In this document: piece after piece, positions 46,039-54,898 of the stretch
How the letters are laid out: each line of letters opens with the position of its first letter
Position numbering within the stretch: position 1 is the stretch's first letter
Source: a virus
Taxonomy: Duplodnaviria; Caudoviricetes
Length of the DNA stretch: 61,756 bases
IMG/VR virus record: IMGVR_UViG_3300048854_000277
Location: 1-61,756 of that record
Strand: one strand, 5' to 3'
The notes under the pieces: generated by a model
What the model was told of the DNA's origin: nothing
The model's input: only the letters and a program-made list of their open reading frames with translations
The model's database searches: none
Program-made: the position numbers and the translations under genes

Positions 46039-47157
46039 ATGTCCGATGACCTGACTCTTCGGCTCTCGACATGCACGATCGAGCCGAACGCTGCGCCGGG
46101 AGAACAGACGTTTAACACGTCGAACAGCCGCTCGATCACCGGGTGGCTGAGTGTGCGCGTCGCGCGAGGGATTGAGCGGTGCCCATCTGACTTCGATGTT
46201 TCGTTCACAGAGCCTTTCCCGGCAGTGGGGAGCATAGTCGCGAACCCAGGTGACTTTTGCGAAGTTCTGCTCGGTAAAGACATTGTTCTCACGGGGTTCG
46301 TCGACCGCTATCTTCCGAGCTATTCCTCGCGTGATCACACGATCCGAATTACCGGGCGCAGCAAGTGCCAGGATGTGGTCGACTGCTCGGCGAAGTGGAC
46401 TGGCCTGCAGTTTGTCAGTCAGCCGCTTCTCACAATCGCGAAGCAACTGTGTTCGGTCTATGGCGTCGATGTAGCACTCGCGCCGGGTGCGAATCAAGGC
46501 GCTCCGATCCCGCAGCTGAACATCATGGTCGGCGAGCCGATCTATGACGTGCTCGAAAGGCTTTGCAGGTTCCGCGCGCTGCTGCTGTATGACCAGCCGG
46601 ACGGCAGTTTGCTGCTCTCTGGCATAGGCGCCGTCCAGGCGGCCAGCGGCTTTCAGGAAGGTGTGAATGTGCTGGCCGCGAGCGCGATGTATGGAATGGA
46701 CGGGCGGTTCAGCGAATACGATGCTGTTCGTCAGAGCCTCGACACCTGCCAGGACGTCGGCGACGGCGGAAATCTGATTGCGACGGTGAAAGACCCATCG
46801 GTGACCCGGTTCCGCTACCGCGCGATCGTCGCAGAATCGGTGTTCGGCGGACAGGACGTTGCCGCGCAGCGCGCGAACTGGGAGATGGCGAGTCGCTTCG
46901 GCCGGTCCTTTCAGGTGCGCTTGACGACAGACACCTGGCGCGACTCGGCGGGCACGCTTTGGACGCCGAACACGTTGGTGTCGATCGATTTGCCCGGGCT
47001 GAAGTTGACTCCGAAAACGTGGCTGATTTCCGATGTGACCTATAAGCGCGACGAGAACGGCACGACGGCAGATCTCGTGATCATGCCGCCGGAAGCGTTC
47101 TATCAAGAGCCGATCATCCTGAATCCGATTGCGCCTGACGTGGTGAACACCCAATGA
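46039..47157 (+). CDS. Baseplate hub protein (Mu gp44-like)
   Basis: GW..VRV.RGIE, TG.VD, GRSK..D.VDCS, W.PN.LV. Confidence 0.9.
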   Translation: MSDDLTLRLSTCTIEPNAAPGEQTFNTSNSRSITGWLSVRVARGIERCPSDFDVSFTEPFPAVGSIVANPGDFCEVLLGKDIVLTGFVDRYLPSYSSRDHTIRITGRSKCQDVVDCSAKWTGLQFVSQPLLTIAKQLCSVYGVDVALAPGANQGAPIPQLNIMVGEPIYDVLERLCRFRALLLYDQPDGSLLLSGIGAVQAASGFQEGVNVLAASAMYGMDGRFSEYDAVRQSLDTCQDVGDGGNLIATVKDPSVTRFRYRAIVAESVFGGQDVAAQRANWEMASRFGRSFQVRLTTDTWRDSAGTLWTPNTLVSIDLPGLKLTPKTWLISDVTYKRDENGTTADLVIMPPEAFYQEPIILNPIAPDVVNTQ

Positions 47158-47759
47158 TCGAAGCTGTCTTCCGGCGCATTCAAATGATGTTCGGGCGCGG
47201 CCGCGTGACCTACACGGACGACAGCGGCCCGGTGCAGAAGATGCAAGTCCGGCTCAGCGGTCTTGAGACCTCGGACGGGCGCTTGCGTATGGTCGAGTTC
47301 GGATTCACATCGAATCCCCCGGTCGGGACCGATGTGCTTGCGCTGCATATCTCGGGAGACCGCGGTGCTGGCACAGTGTTTGCCACGAATCACCAGCAGT
47401 CGCGCCCGAAAGGGTTGTCTGCCGGCGAGTCGATGCTGTACAGCCAGGATGGGAAGCAGGTCTACATGACAGCATCCGGCGGCATCGTGGTCGAGGCGAA
47501 AGGGCAGGACGTCGTGGTCAATGATGCGCGGGACGTAACGTGGAACCTGTCGGGAAAGCTGAAGATCGTTGCCCCGGGCGGCGTCGAGTTCGATACACCT
47601 CTCGTGGAGTCCACTGGCGATATCCAAGACAAGTCGGCGACGAATGGCGACACCATGGCAACGATGCGTTCGGATTACAACGGCCATAAGCACCCGATAG
47701 TTAACATCCAGACGGGCGGCAGCACGATCGACACCGGCACGCCGACCATACCCATGTAG
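47154..47759 (+). CDS. Baseplate spike (Mu gp45-like)
   Basis: FGFTS.PP.G, GE..LY, YNGHKH metal-binding tip. Confidence 0.9.
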   Translation: MIEAVFRRIQMMFGRGRVTYTDDSGPVQKMQVRLSGLETSDGRLRMVEFGFTSNPPVGTDVLALHISGDRGAGTVFATNHQQSRPKGLSAGESMLYSQDGKQVYMTASGGIVVEAKGQDVVVNDARDVTWNLSGKLKIVAPGGVEFDTPLVESTGDIQDKSATNGDTMATMRSDYNGHKHPIVNIQTGGSTIDTGTPTIPM

Positions 47760-47778
47760 CGCATAGCGCTCAACGACA

Positions 47779-47803
47779 AGCTGCCTCCGGGTGGCTTTTT
47801 TTA
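47779..47803 (+). terminator. Intrinsic terminator
   Basis: AGCTGCC-TCCG-GGTGGCT followed by a T-tract. Confidence 0.65.
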
Positions 47804-47815
47804 TTGCCTGAGCAC

Positions 47816-48262
47816 ATGCCAGATATCACGCTTCAATGGGACACAGCAAATAACCAGGCCGATTGGGTGCAGTCCGGTTCGGCCTTGCTCACAGGCAACG
47901 ACCTTGAGTCAGCAATCATCATCAGCCTCTTCACAGATCGGATCGCCGCCGTCGGAGACGTGATTCCCGATGGTTCGAATGACCCGCGCGGCTGGTGGGC
48001 GGACACGGACGTTCCGATCGGCTCTCGGCTTTGGTTGCTGCGCCGCTCGAAGCAGATTCCTGAGACGTTGCAAAAGGCATACGACTACATTGCCGAGGCG
48101 TTGCAATGGCTTCTGGATGACCAGGTCGTCGCGCAGTTCGACATCAACGTGCAGTGGGTTCGTACCGGGATGCTCGGCGCGCAGATAACTGCCTACAAGC
48201 AGAACGGAACCACATTGATGACCGGCCTCTATACGTGGGCCTGGAATGGGATAAACGTCTAA
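47816..48262 (+). CDS. Mu gp46-like baseplate protein
   Basis: ISLFTDR, RGWWAD, GSRLWLL.R.K, EALQWL. Confidence 0.92.
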   Translation: MPDITLQWDTANNQADWVQSGSALLTGNDLESAIIISLFTDRIAAVGDVIPDGSNDPRGWWADTDVPIGSRLWLLRRSKQIPETLQKAYDYIAEALQWLLDDQVVAQFDINVQWVRTGMLGAQITAYKQNGTTLMTGLYTWAWNGINV

Positions 48263-49422
48263 TGCCGTATGCTCGCCCAACACTCAGCGCACTGCGTAGC
48301 CAGACTTCGGCTGATATTCAAGCCGGCCTTTCGGGATCGGACGCGCTGTTGCGGTTCTCAAGCCTCAACATTCTCGGGACGGCGCTCGCCGGCCTGGCGA
48401 ACTCGCAGTACGGATACACCGACTGGGTGTCCAAGCAGGCGAACCCGTTCACAGCGACCGATGAATTTCTTGAGGGATGGGCCGCACTTAAGAACGTCTT
48501 TCGCGAGGCTGCGACCCAAGCCGGCCTAGCCGTGCCGGGACAAGTAACGTTTCCCGGCACGACCAACACACCACTGCCGATCGGTACACCGATCGTGCGC
48601 GGTGATGGTGTCGGGTTCACGACGACATCCGCGGGCGTGTGGTCTGGCAGCAATGTCACGGTCAACGCCATGGCTAATGCCGACCCATCTGGGCTGACCG
48701 GCGCGTTTGGGAATTGCGCCGTCGGTACAGTGATGACGCTCGGTACGGCCATCGCCGGGATTCAATCGACCGGCTCAGTCACTACAGCATTCGTCGGCGG
48801 CGCAGACGTCGAACTGGACGACAGCCTGCGAGCCCGCATGCTGCAGGCGTACCAAAACGTTCCTCAGGGCGGCGCGCAGCAGGATTACGTGACTTGGGCT
48901 CTTCAGGTCAACGGCGTCACGCGCGCCTGGTGCAATCCCAGCGGGTTCGGTGCCGGCACGGTAGTCGTATATGCGATGTTGGACGTAACGGAAGCGGCAA
49001 ACAATGGCTTCCCGCAGGGCGTCAATGGCGTGGCCACGCTCGAAACTCGCGGCATCCCAACGGCGACCGGCGATCAACTGAATATAGCGAACTGGATTTA
49101 TCCGCTCAGGCCCGCGACGTCGCTCGTCTATGTGTGCTCTCCCGTTCAGCAGGTCGTGAATTTTTCGATAACGGGCAGCGCCGGGTTTTCGTCGGCGACC
49201 AGGGCGCTTATCGCTTCAGCGATCTCAGGCATCTTTGTCCTATATGGCTCTCCATTGAGCACGGTAGCTGGGCAAAACGGCGTGATCGACATGTCCCTTA
49301 TCAATTCGGCGATCGGTGCGATATCGGGAACGTCAGGGTTCGTGGTCACGGTTCCAGCCGGAAACATCGTTGGGACAACCGGCCAGTTGCCGACGCTCGG
49401 CACCATTACGTGGCTTCCATAA
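48262..49422 (+). CDS. Baseplate J / Mu gp47 protein
   Basis: GGAD.E.D..LRAR, P.GGA..DY..WAL...GVTRAW. Confidence 0.92.
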   Translation: MPYARPTLSALRSQTSADIQAGLSGSDALLRFSSLNILGTALAGLANSQYGYTDWVSKQANPFTATDEFLEGWAALKNVFREAATQAGLAVPGQVTFPGTTNTPLPIGTPIVRGDGVGFTTTSAGVWSGSNVTVNAMANADPSGLTGAFGNCAVGTVMTLGTAIAGIQSTGSVTTAFVGGADVELDDSLRARMLQAYQNVPQGGAQQDYVTWALQVNGVTRAWCNPSGFGAGTVVVYAMLDVTEAANNGFPQGVNGVATLETRGIPTATGDQLNIANWIYPLRPATSLVYVCSPVQQVVNFSITGSAGFSSATRALIASAISGIFVLYGSPLSTVAGQNGVIDMSLINSAIGAISGTSGFVVTVPAGNIVGTTGQLPTLGTITWLP

Positions 49423-50097
49423 ATGGGCGCTCCAAACTACCAGGCGTCCGACTTTCTGTCGGTGCTGCAAACGCTTATGCCGCGCGGGCTCGCATGGCCG
49501 AAAGATGCGGCCGCGACCATGGCGAAGTCGGTAAGCGGAATGGCTCCAACATGGGCGCGACACACGCTGCAGAACAACAATCTGCTCGTGGATGCGTTCC
49601 CTTCGACCACGTTTCAGCTGCTACCCGAGTGGGAAGCAGCGCTCGGCCTCCCGGACCCGTGCGCAGGTGAGTCTCCAACGATCCAGCAGCGCCGCGCGCA
49701 AGTAGTCGCACGTTTCACGAATGGCGGCGGCCAGTCAATTCCATATTTTGTCCAGTTCGCCTTCAGTCTCGGTTATGCGGTTTCAACCGAGGAGTTTGCG
49801 CCCGCAAGAGCAGGGCAAACGCGATGCGGGTCGCCCTGCTATAGCGAGGCATGGGCATTCGCTTGGTCGATCGACTTACCGCTGAGTACGGTCACGTATG
49901 CACGCGCAAGCCAATCCGTAGCTGGCGAGCCCTTGGCAAGCTGGGGGAATTCGGTTCTTCAATGTGAAATGGCGCGCATTGCGCCCGCCCATACGGTTCT
50001 GCAATTCAAATATCTAACGGAAATTTTTGACAACTCCGTTGTTGATGACTTTGGAAATCCTGTCATCACGTCCGACGGTTTCGCGGTCGTCATATAA
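49423..50097 (+). CDS. YmfQ / DUF2313 (Mu gp48-like) with a C-terminal extension
   Basis: L.P.G.AW, LL.EWE..LGLPD.C, PAHT. Confidence 0.9.
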   Translation: MGAPNYQASDFLSVLQTLMPRGLAWPKDAAATMAKSVSGMAPTWARHTLQNNNLLVDAFPSTTFQLLPEWEAALGLPDPCAGESPTIQQRRAQVVARFTNGGGQSIPYFVQFAFSLGYAVSTEEFAPARAGQTRCGSPCYSEAWAFAWSIDLPLSTVTYARASQSVAGEPLASWGNSVLQCEMARIAPAHTVLQFKYLTEIFDNSVVDDFGNPVITSDGFAVVI

Positions 50098-50118
50098 GAC
50101 ATTCATCAAGGAGTTTGC

Positions 50119-50982
50119 ATGTATCAGATCGACGCAAGCGGCAGTGTAACTACAATGCCGACTCCTGGCGCTACTGCGACGCCAGGATGGTTTACTGGCG
50201 GAAATCCGGCGAATGGGGAACCCGCCACCGTATTGGACGCAGATTGGTTCAACGCGCTCCAAGCAGAGATGCTCGCCATTCTCTCTGCTGCTGGAATAGC
50301 ACCAAGTAAGACAGCTGATGCACAGATTCTCGCGGCCATTCAATCGCTGCACGGATCGCAGCTATTCACGGCATCCGGATCGTTCACTGCTCCTTTTACC
50401 GGAACCTTCTATTTCAGCGGATGCGCTTCTGGCGGCGGTGGTGCCGGCGCGCTATCGGCATTGGCAACCGGAAATATCACGGCGGCGAGCGGCGGCGGTG
50501 GTGCGGGTCAGCCAGCGATAAGAGTCCCGTTAAATTTAACCGTAGGTCAGGTTGTTCCACTCACATTCGGGGCGCCTGGTGCTGGCGGAGCATCGGGAGG
50601 CGGAGCCGGAGGTGCGGGCGGAAACCTGGTTGTCGGAACGCTGCTCACCCTAACCGGCGGTTCCGGCGGCATCGCAGGAGTGGGTGGCTCAACCTCGGCC
50701 GCGTGGGCGGGCGGACCTGGCGGTGCTGGCTTTCCCGCAGGAAGCGATGGATGTGACGTTATAGCCGCCTATTGCGGACCGTCAGGCGCCGGCGCATCTG
50801 GCCCGTTTGGCGGAGGTGGCCCCGCGCGCCGCGGAGCGGCTGGGAACAGTGCAGCTGGCATAGCCGCTAGCGGATACGGGGCCGGTGGGGGCGGAGCAGG
50901 AGGCGGCTATGCCGGAACAACTACATGGGTTGGTGGAGCGGGTGGCGCGGGAGCTCCAGCGTTAGCAATGTTCGAATGGTAA
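50119..50982 (+). CDS. Short tail fibre with a glycine-rich domain
   Basis: M..ID...PGWFT.GNP...AT....DWFN.LQ.E N-terminus; Gly-rich C-terminus ending in EW. Confidence 0.8.
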   Translation: MYQIDASGSVTTMPTPGATATPGWFTGGNPANGEPATVLDADWFNALQAEMLAILSAAGIAPSKTADAQILAAIQSLHGSQLFTASGSFTAPFTGTFYFSGCASGGGGAGALSALATGNITAASGGGGAGQPAIRVPLNLTVGQVVPLTFGAPGAGGASGGGAGGAGGNLVVGTLLTLTGGSGGIAGVGGSTSAAWAGGPGGAGFPAGSDGCDVIAAYCGPSGAGASGPFGGGGPARRGAAGNSAAGIAASGYGAGGGGAGGGYAGTTTWVGGAGGAGAPALAMFEW

Positions 50983-50998
50983 TCGCGCAACTAGCAAT

Positions 50999-51021
50999 GG
51001 CCACCTCCGGGTGGCTTTTTT
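50999..51021 (+). terminator. Intrinsic terminator
   Basis: GCCACC-TCCG-GGTGGC followed by T6. Confidence 0.7.
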
Positions 51022-51038
51022 ATTTCCCGGGGAAATAG

Positions 51039-51335
51039 ATGGATTACACGGTTGCAGTAGAGATAGGCGGCGTCTGTGTGACGGGCATTGGCGGAGTGTT
51101 TGCATGGCTCTGGCAGCGGTCACAAGCGCAACTCGACGACACGATTGAGTCTCACGGAAAGCAACTTAAAACCCTCGATTCGGAATTGTCTTCGTACAAG
51201 CTGCATGTCGCTGAAACGTATGTGACCAGTAACGAACTCAGCAAGGCCATCGATTCATTCAATCGTGCGATCGATGCTGTATTCGGGAAACTCGATCGCA
51301 TCGAGGACAAGCTCGACAAGAAGGCTGACAAATGA
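51039..51335 (+). CDS. Putative holin/antiholin (one TM plus coiled coil)
   Basis: N-terminal TM, HVAE.YV, KLDRIEDKLD; overlaps the endolysin start. Confidence 0.65.
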   Translation: MDYTVAVEIGGVCVTGIGGVFAWLWQRSQAQLDDTIESHGKQLKTLDSELSSYKLHVAETYVTSNELSKAIDSFNRAIDAVFGKLDRIEDKLDKKADK

Positions 51336-51964
51336 AACTCACGACGCAGATCGTTCAAGCGGGATGCGGAGCGTCGGTGTTGCGTTCTGCGCAGTGGGTT
51401 CAACCGCTTCAGGGCGCCTGCGACAAGTACCAGATCAACACGCCCTTACGCGTGGCCGCGTTCCTCGCGACCTATGGCATCGAGTCTGCACGCCTCACGG
51501 CATTGACTGAAAATTTGAATTACAGCGCAGACGGTTTGCTCGCAACGTTCCCGAAATACTTCACAGCGGAACAGGCGCAGCAATACGCCAACAAGCCGCC
51601 GATGATCGCGAACCGGGCATATGCGAACCGCAACGGCAACGGCGATGAGGCAAGCGGCGACGGATGGTTATTCCGCGGTCGCGCGATGGGCATCACCGGC
51701 CGGCGTAACTATCTTCTGTGCGGCATCGGCATCGAACTTGACCTGACGACTATGCCGGCTTTGCTTGAGCAACCCAGCGATGCCGCCATGGCGTCCGCTT
51801 GGTGGTGGTGGAACAACAAATTGAACGTACTTGCGGATGCTGGCAACTTCCTTGGATTGTCGCGTGCCGTTAATTTAGGAAGTGCCGCCTCGAAGGCTAT
51901 GCCGAACGGGTATTCGGAACGGCTTGCTCTGTACGCGGCCGCAAAGACCGCGCTTGGCATCTAA
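51332..51964 (+). CDS. GH19 endolysin
   Basis: R.AAFLA...ES...ENLNYS, IANR.YANR.GNG...SGDGW.FRGR, SAW.W. Confidence 0.9.
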   Translation: MKLTTQIVQAGCGASVLRSAQWVQPLQGACDKYQINTPLRVAAFLATYGIESARLTALTENLNYSADGLLATFPKYFTAEQAQQYANKPPMIANRAYANRNGNGDEASGDGWLFRGRAMGITGRRNYLLCGIGIELDLTTMPALLEQPSDAAMASAWWWWNNKLNVLADAGNFLGLSRAVNLGSAASKAMPNGYSERLALYAAAKTALGI

Positions 51965-51980
51965 CAACACACACGGTGCG

Positions 51981-52059
51981 AAAAAAGGCCCCAGCCAAAC
52001 GGGTGGGGCCAAATACTTACGCTGATTCGCGCCCCGCGGGGGAAGAAAATGAGGCGCAT
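51981..52059 (-). ncRNA. Candidate small RNA antisense to the late operon
   Basis: 5' hairpin with a CU-rich loop, then terminator GGCCCCA..TGGGGCC-U6; TAGGCT -10 at 52069-52064. Confidence 0.35.
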
Positions 52060-52122
52060 ACGAAGCCTAAACGATTCCACCGCAGCAGATAAAGCCCACA
52101 AGTAGAAATTCACAATTCCACT

Positions 52123-52144
52123 AGCCGCCTTCGGGCGGTTTTTT
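52123..52144 (+). terminator. Intrinsic terminator
   Basis: AGCCGCC-TTCG-GGCGGTT followed by a T-tract. Confidence 0.7.
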
Positions 52145-52155
52145 CGTTTACGACT

Positions 52156-52590
52156 ATGAAAATCGCACACGAACACGAACAGTCTGAAACGCTGCACTTC
52201 AGCATCTTCTATCCAGACCATCCGCCGCGCACCGAATCGGCCCTGTTCCGCAAGACCAAGCATCACCTCGTGGCGGTGCTAGATACGCCGTGCTGGGTCT
52301 GCGGCACGAAGGAAAAGCGCGAGGTGCATCACTGGCACGCCGAGTGGGCGGATAGCGATGGTATCGACTGGGACAAGATGCGCGCGCTGCACCCCGCTTT
52401 CGACTGGTCTGGCTATAAAGAGCCGTCCGACTTCATCGACAGCGAATACAACATGCGCATTCTCTGCGAGAGGCATCACCGCGGAGTAGGACACGGAATC
52501 CACATGATTCCGCTACCCGTTTGGGAAATGCAGCGCATCAAGCGCGACGATTTCATTTTCAGCGAAGACGAACAGGAGCAATCGCAATGA
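52156..52590 (+). CDS. HNH-like protein
   Basis: CWVCG...EVHH...N..ILC..HHRG..GIH. Confidence 0.7.
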   Translation: MKIAHEHEQSETLHFSIFYPDHPPRTESALFRKTKHHLVAVLDTPCWVCGTKEKREVHHWHAEWADSDGIDWDKMRALHPAFDWSGYKEPSDFIDSEYNMRILCERHHRGVGHGIHMIPLPVWEMQRIKRDDFIFSEDEQEQSQ

Positions 52591-52793
52591 ACAAAGCAAT
52601 CATCAGCGGCGGCCTCACAGTATCGGCAGCCGACATCATCCCCACTGTCGATTGGGCAATGAATGGCTTCCACGGCGGCCCTCCGGCCAATCTGTCGGGC
52701 CTCATTGCCGGTGCTGTCGTGATGGCAATCCACGCAGCCTACAACTGGTTTGCCGAGCGCCAGGCAGCGAAGGCAGTGACGCCGACGCAATGA
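52587..52793 (+). CDS. Small membrane protein (holin-like)
   Basis: Hydrophobic helices; ATGA coupling. Confidence 0.55.
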   Translation: MNKAIISGGLTVSAADIIPTVDWAMNGFHGGPPANLSGLIAGAVVMAIHAAYNWFAERQAAKAVTPTQ

Positions 52794-52993
52794 TCCGCAT
52801 CGCCCTGTGCCTGCTGCTGGGCGGCTGCACGACCGGCATTCAGGTTTTGCCAGTAGTCGACCAGAAGACGCAAACCGTCTCTTGCTGCATTGCCTATGTG
52901 GAATCAGGCAAGTCCACTGACGGCTCCATCGAAGTCCAAAACAGCACCACCAAAGGCGTATCGGTAAAGCTCGGCGCGCGCTGGAAGTTCTGA
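52790..52993 (+). CDS. Small lipoprotein, 67 aa
   Basis: Lipobox LGGC; ends ...VSVKLGARWKF. Confidence 0.6.
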   Translation: MIRIALCLLLGGCTTGIQVLPVVDQKTQTVSCCIAYVESGKSTDGSIEVQNSTTKGVSVKLGARWKF

Positions 52994-53027
52994 ATCTCCC
53001 GTAGTTCACCCACACCTAGGAACCATC

Positions 53028-53489
53028 ATGAAAAACCTACGCCTCGTGGCAGGTATCGCCTTGCTCGCAGCCTTCGCCGGCTGCACCACTGCACCGGCTC
53101 TGCCCAGTCTGCAACAGCAATTTGTCCAGATGTGCCCCGTGGTCAATGCTGACCTGGCTGTTCTGGCTGCATCGCCGTCGCTGACCGTGGCGCAGCAAGA
53201 CACGCTGAAGACGCAGGTCATTCCCGCCAACCAGCTGATCTGTTCGTCTGGCGCTGCGCTGAACGTGACGAATTTGAAAGCATTCCACGACAGCCTTTTG
53301 CCGGTGGCTATCGGCATTGTGCAAGCCACGCCGGCAATTCCGAACCAACCGTTGGTGCTGCTAGCGCTCCAACTCTTCGGCCCGGTCGTTCAAGGTCTGA
53401 TCGATCAAGCCATTACGAACGTTGCACCGACAGTTCCGGCCACGCCTGCGGCACCCGCATCTGCAGCAAGCGGCACGCTGGTGGCATGA
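53028..53489 (+). CDS. Lipoprotein (possible spanin-like)
   Basis: Lipobox FAGC; hydrophobic helix near the C-terminus. Confidence 0.7.
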   Translation: MKNLRLVAGIALLAAFAGCTTAPALPSLQQQFVQMCPVVNADLAVLAASPSLTVAQQDTLKTQVIPANQLICSSGAALNVTNLKAFHDSLLPVAIGIVQATPAIPNQPLVLLALQLFGPVVQGLIDQAITNVAPTVPATPAAPASAASGTLVA

Positions 53490-54085
53490 TGTCGCCCCAC
53501 GACTACGCATTGCTTGCTCAGGAAGCGTATTCGGCAACGCCAGACATCGGGAAGGCAGATAGCGCATCACGCGCTATCGTGCGCACGACCGCAGCAGGGT
53601 TGTGCGTTGCTTTCCCGGGTACGGACAATCGTGATTGCTGGAGCGCGGACTTCAGTTTCGAGCCGATCAATGTAGCTGGCGCAGGGAAGATTCATTCCGG
53701 CTTCTGGTCGGCATGGATGGCCATTGCGCCGGACGTTGTGAAGGCGATTGGAGATCAGCCGGTGACACTGGCAGGGCATTCGCTTGGCGCAGCCCTTGCC
53801 ATATGTGCTGCGGTGGCATTAACGCTTGCCGGGAGGCCGCCCGTTTCCGTGTACGGCTTCGAACCTCCGCGTGTGAGCCCAGATATCAGTGTCAGGGCGC
53901 TGCTCGCCAAAGTCCCAGTGCATTTGTACAGGAATGGGAATGATCTGGTTACTGATCTCCCTCCCGACTGGCAACATGCCGCGCTGCTCAAGCACATCGG
54001 TAAGCCGGCGCTTCCGTTTCCTAATATCCATGACCATATGATTGCGCGCGTAATCGCGGCGTTGGCTGTGACGGAGAAGGCATGA
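53486..54085 (+). CDS. Lipase class 3 (alpha/beta hydrolase)
   Basis: AFPGT, HSGF, GHSLGAALA, PRV, D.V..LP, H. Confidence 0.9.
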   Translation: MMSPHDYALLAQEAYSATPDIGKADSASRAIVRTTAAGLCVAFPGTDNRDCWSADFSFEPINVAGAGKIHSGFWSAWMAIAPDVVKAIGDQPVTLAGHSLGAALAICAAVALTLAGRPPVSVYGFEPPRVSPDISVRALLAKVPVHLYRNGNDLVTDLPPDWQHAALLKHIGKPALPFPNIHDHMIARVIAALAVTEKA

Positions 54086-54834
54086 TCGACCATTCACAAA
54101 TGAAGCTGGGCCGCAAGCCGGCGCAGCCTGACCCGCGCACGCCGCTTCTATCGCAGCGCATGAAGATCGTTAAGCCTGCTCCCTCGGTTGACTGGACCAA
54201 GGCGGTAGATTCGTGGGGCGCGCTCGCAAACGATCAAATCGGAGACTGCACGGCGGCCGCGGCGTACCACTTGATCCAGATATGGCGCGCGAACAACTTC
54301 TCGAAATGGCAGCCGAACGATGCCGAGGCTATTGCGCTCTATAGCGCAACCTCCGACTACCCGAAAGAGGATGGCGGGGCGGTTGAAACGCAAGTTCTCA
54401 AATACTGGTCGACAACTGGTGTTCCCGGCGATGGAGTCACGGACACGATCGCCTTCTGCCATCTCTTCGAAAAGAATCTCGATGAACTGCGGCTCTCGAT
54501 CCAGATCTTTGGCGGGGCATATTTGGGTGTCGCGTTGCCTCTATCTGCTCAGAACCAGACCGTCTGGGACATCGCTACAACCGGTACGCCAGCAGATCAG
54601 ACCGTGGCGGGTAGCTGGGGCGGTCATGCAGTCTGCGCCGTGGCATACGACGAAACCTCGTTCACGGTCGTCACCTGGGGCGCGCTGATGAAAGTTACGC
54701 CTGCATTCATGGCGGCATATCTGGACGAAGCCTACGCCGTCGTCTCCAAGGAATGGCTCGACGTTGCCGGCATTGCACCGCAAGGGCTTAGCTGGCCGCA
54801 ACTCGCGGCCGATATGAAGTCGCTAGCCGACTGA
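54082..54834 (+). CDS. Papain-like (C1) cysteine peptidase
   Basis: VDW, NDQIGDCT.A, GGHAV..VAYD, VTWG. Confidence 0.8.
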   Translation: MIDHSQMKLGRKPAQPDPRTPLLSQRMKIVKPAPSVDWTKAVDSWGALANDQIGDCTAAAAYHLIQIWRANNFSKWQPNDAEAIALYSATSDYPKEDGGAVETQVLKYWSTTGVPGDGVTDTIAFCHLFEKNLDELRLSIQIFGGAYLGVALPLSAQNQTVWDIATTGTPADQTVAGSWGGHAVCAVAYDETSFTVVTWGALMKVTPAFMAAYLDEAYAVVSKEWLDVAGIAPQGLSWPQLAADMKSLAD

Positions 54835-54857
54835 CCCGAACACCCCTTCGCAACACG

Positions 54858-54880
54858 GCCACCTTCGCGGTGGCTTTTTC
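54858..54880 (+). terminator. Intrinsic terminator
   Basis: GCCACC/GGTGGC followed by T5. Confidence 0.65.
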
Positions 54881-54898
54881 TATTTCAAAGGCGCACTT

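Noticed and set aside
31107-47154. Long antisense ORFs (31107..32180, 33144..34133, 36368..37579, 39989..41095, 42966..44039, 46033..47154)
   Set aside because: Shadow frames of high-GC structural genes with no recognisable motifs
51440-51720. Divergent GH19 motifs (ATYGIES, RGRAMGITG) as a pseudogene sign
   Set aside because: The ORF is intact and both putative catalytic Glu positions are retained
41811-54880. Recurring GCCACC-N4/5-GGTGGC hairpins as a repeat family
   Set aside because: Ordinary intrinsic terminators of an antiterminated late operon
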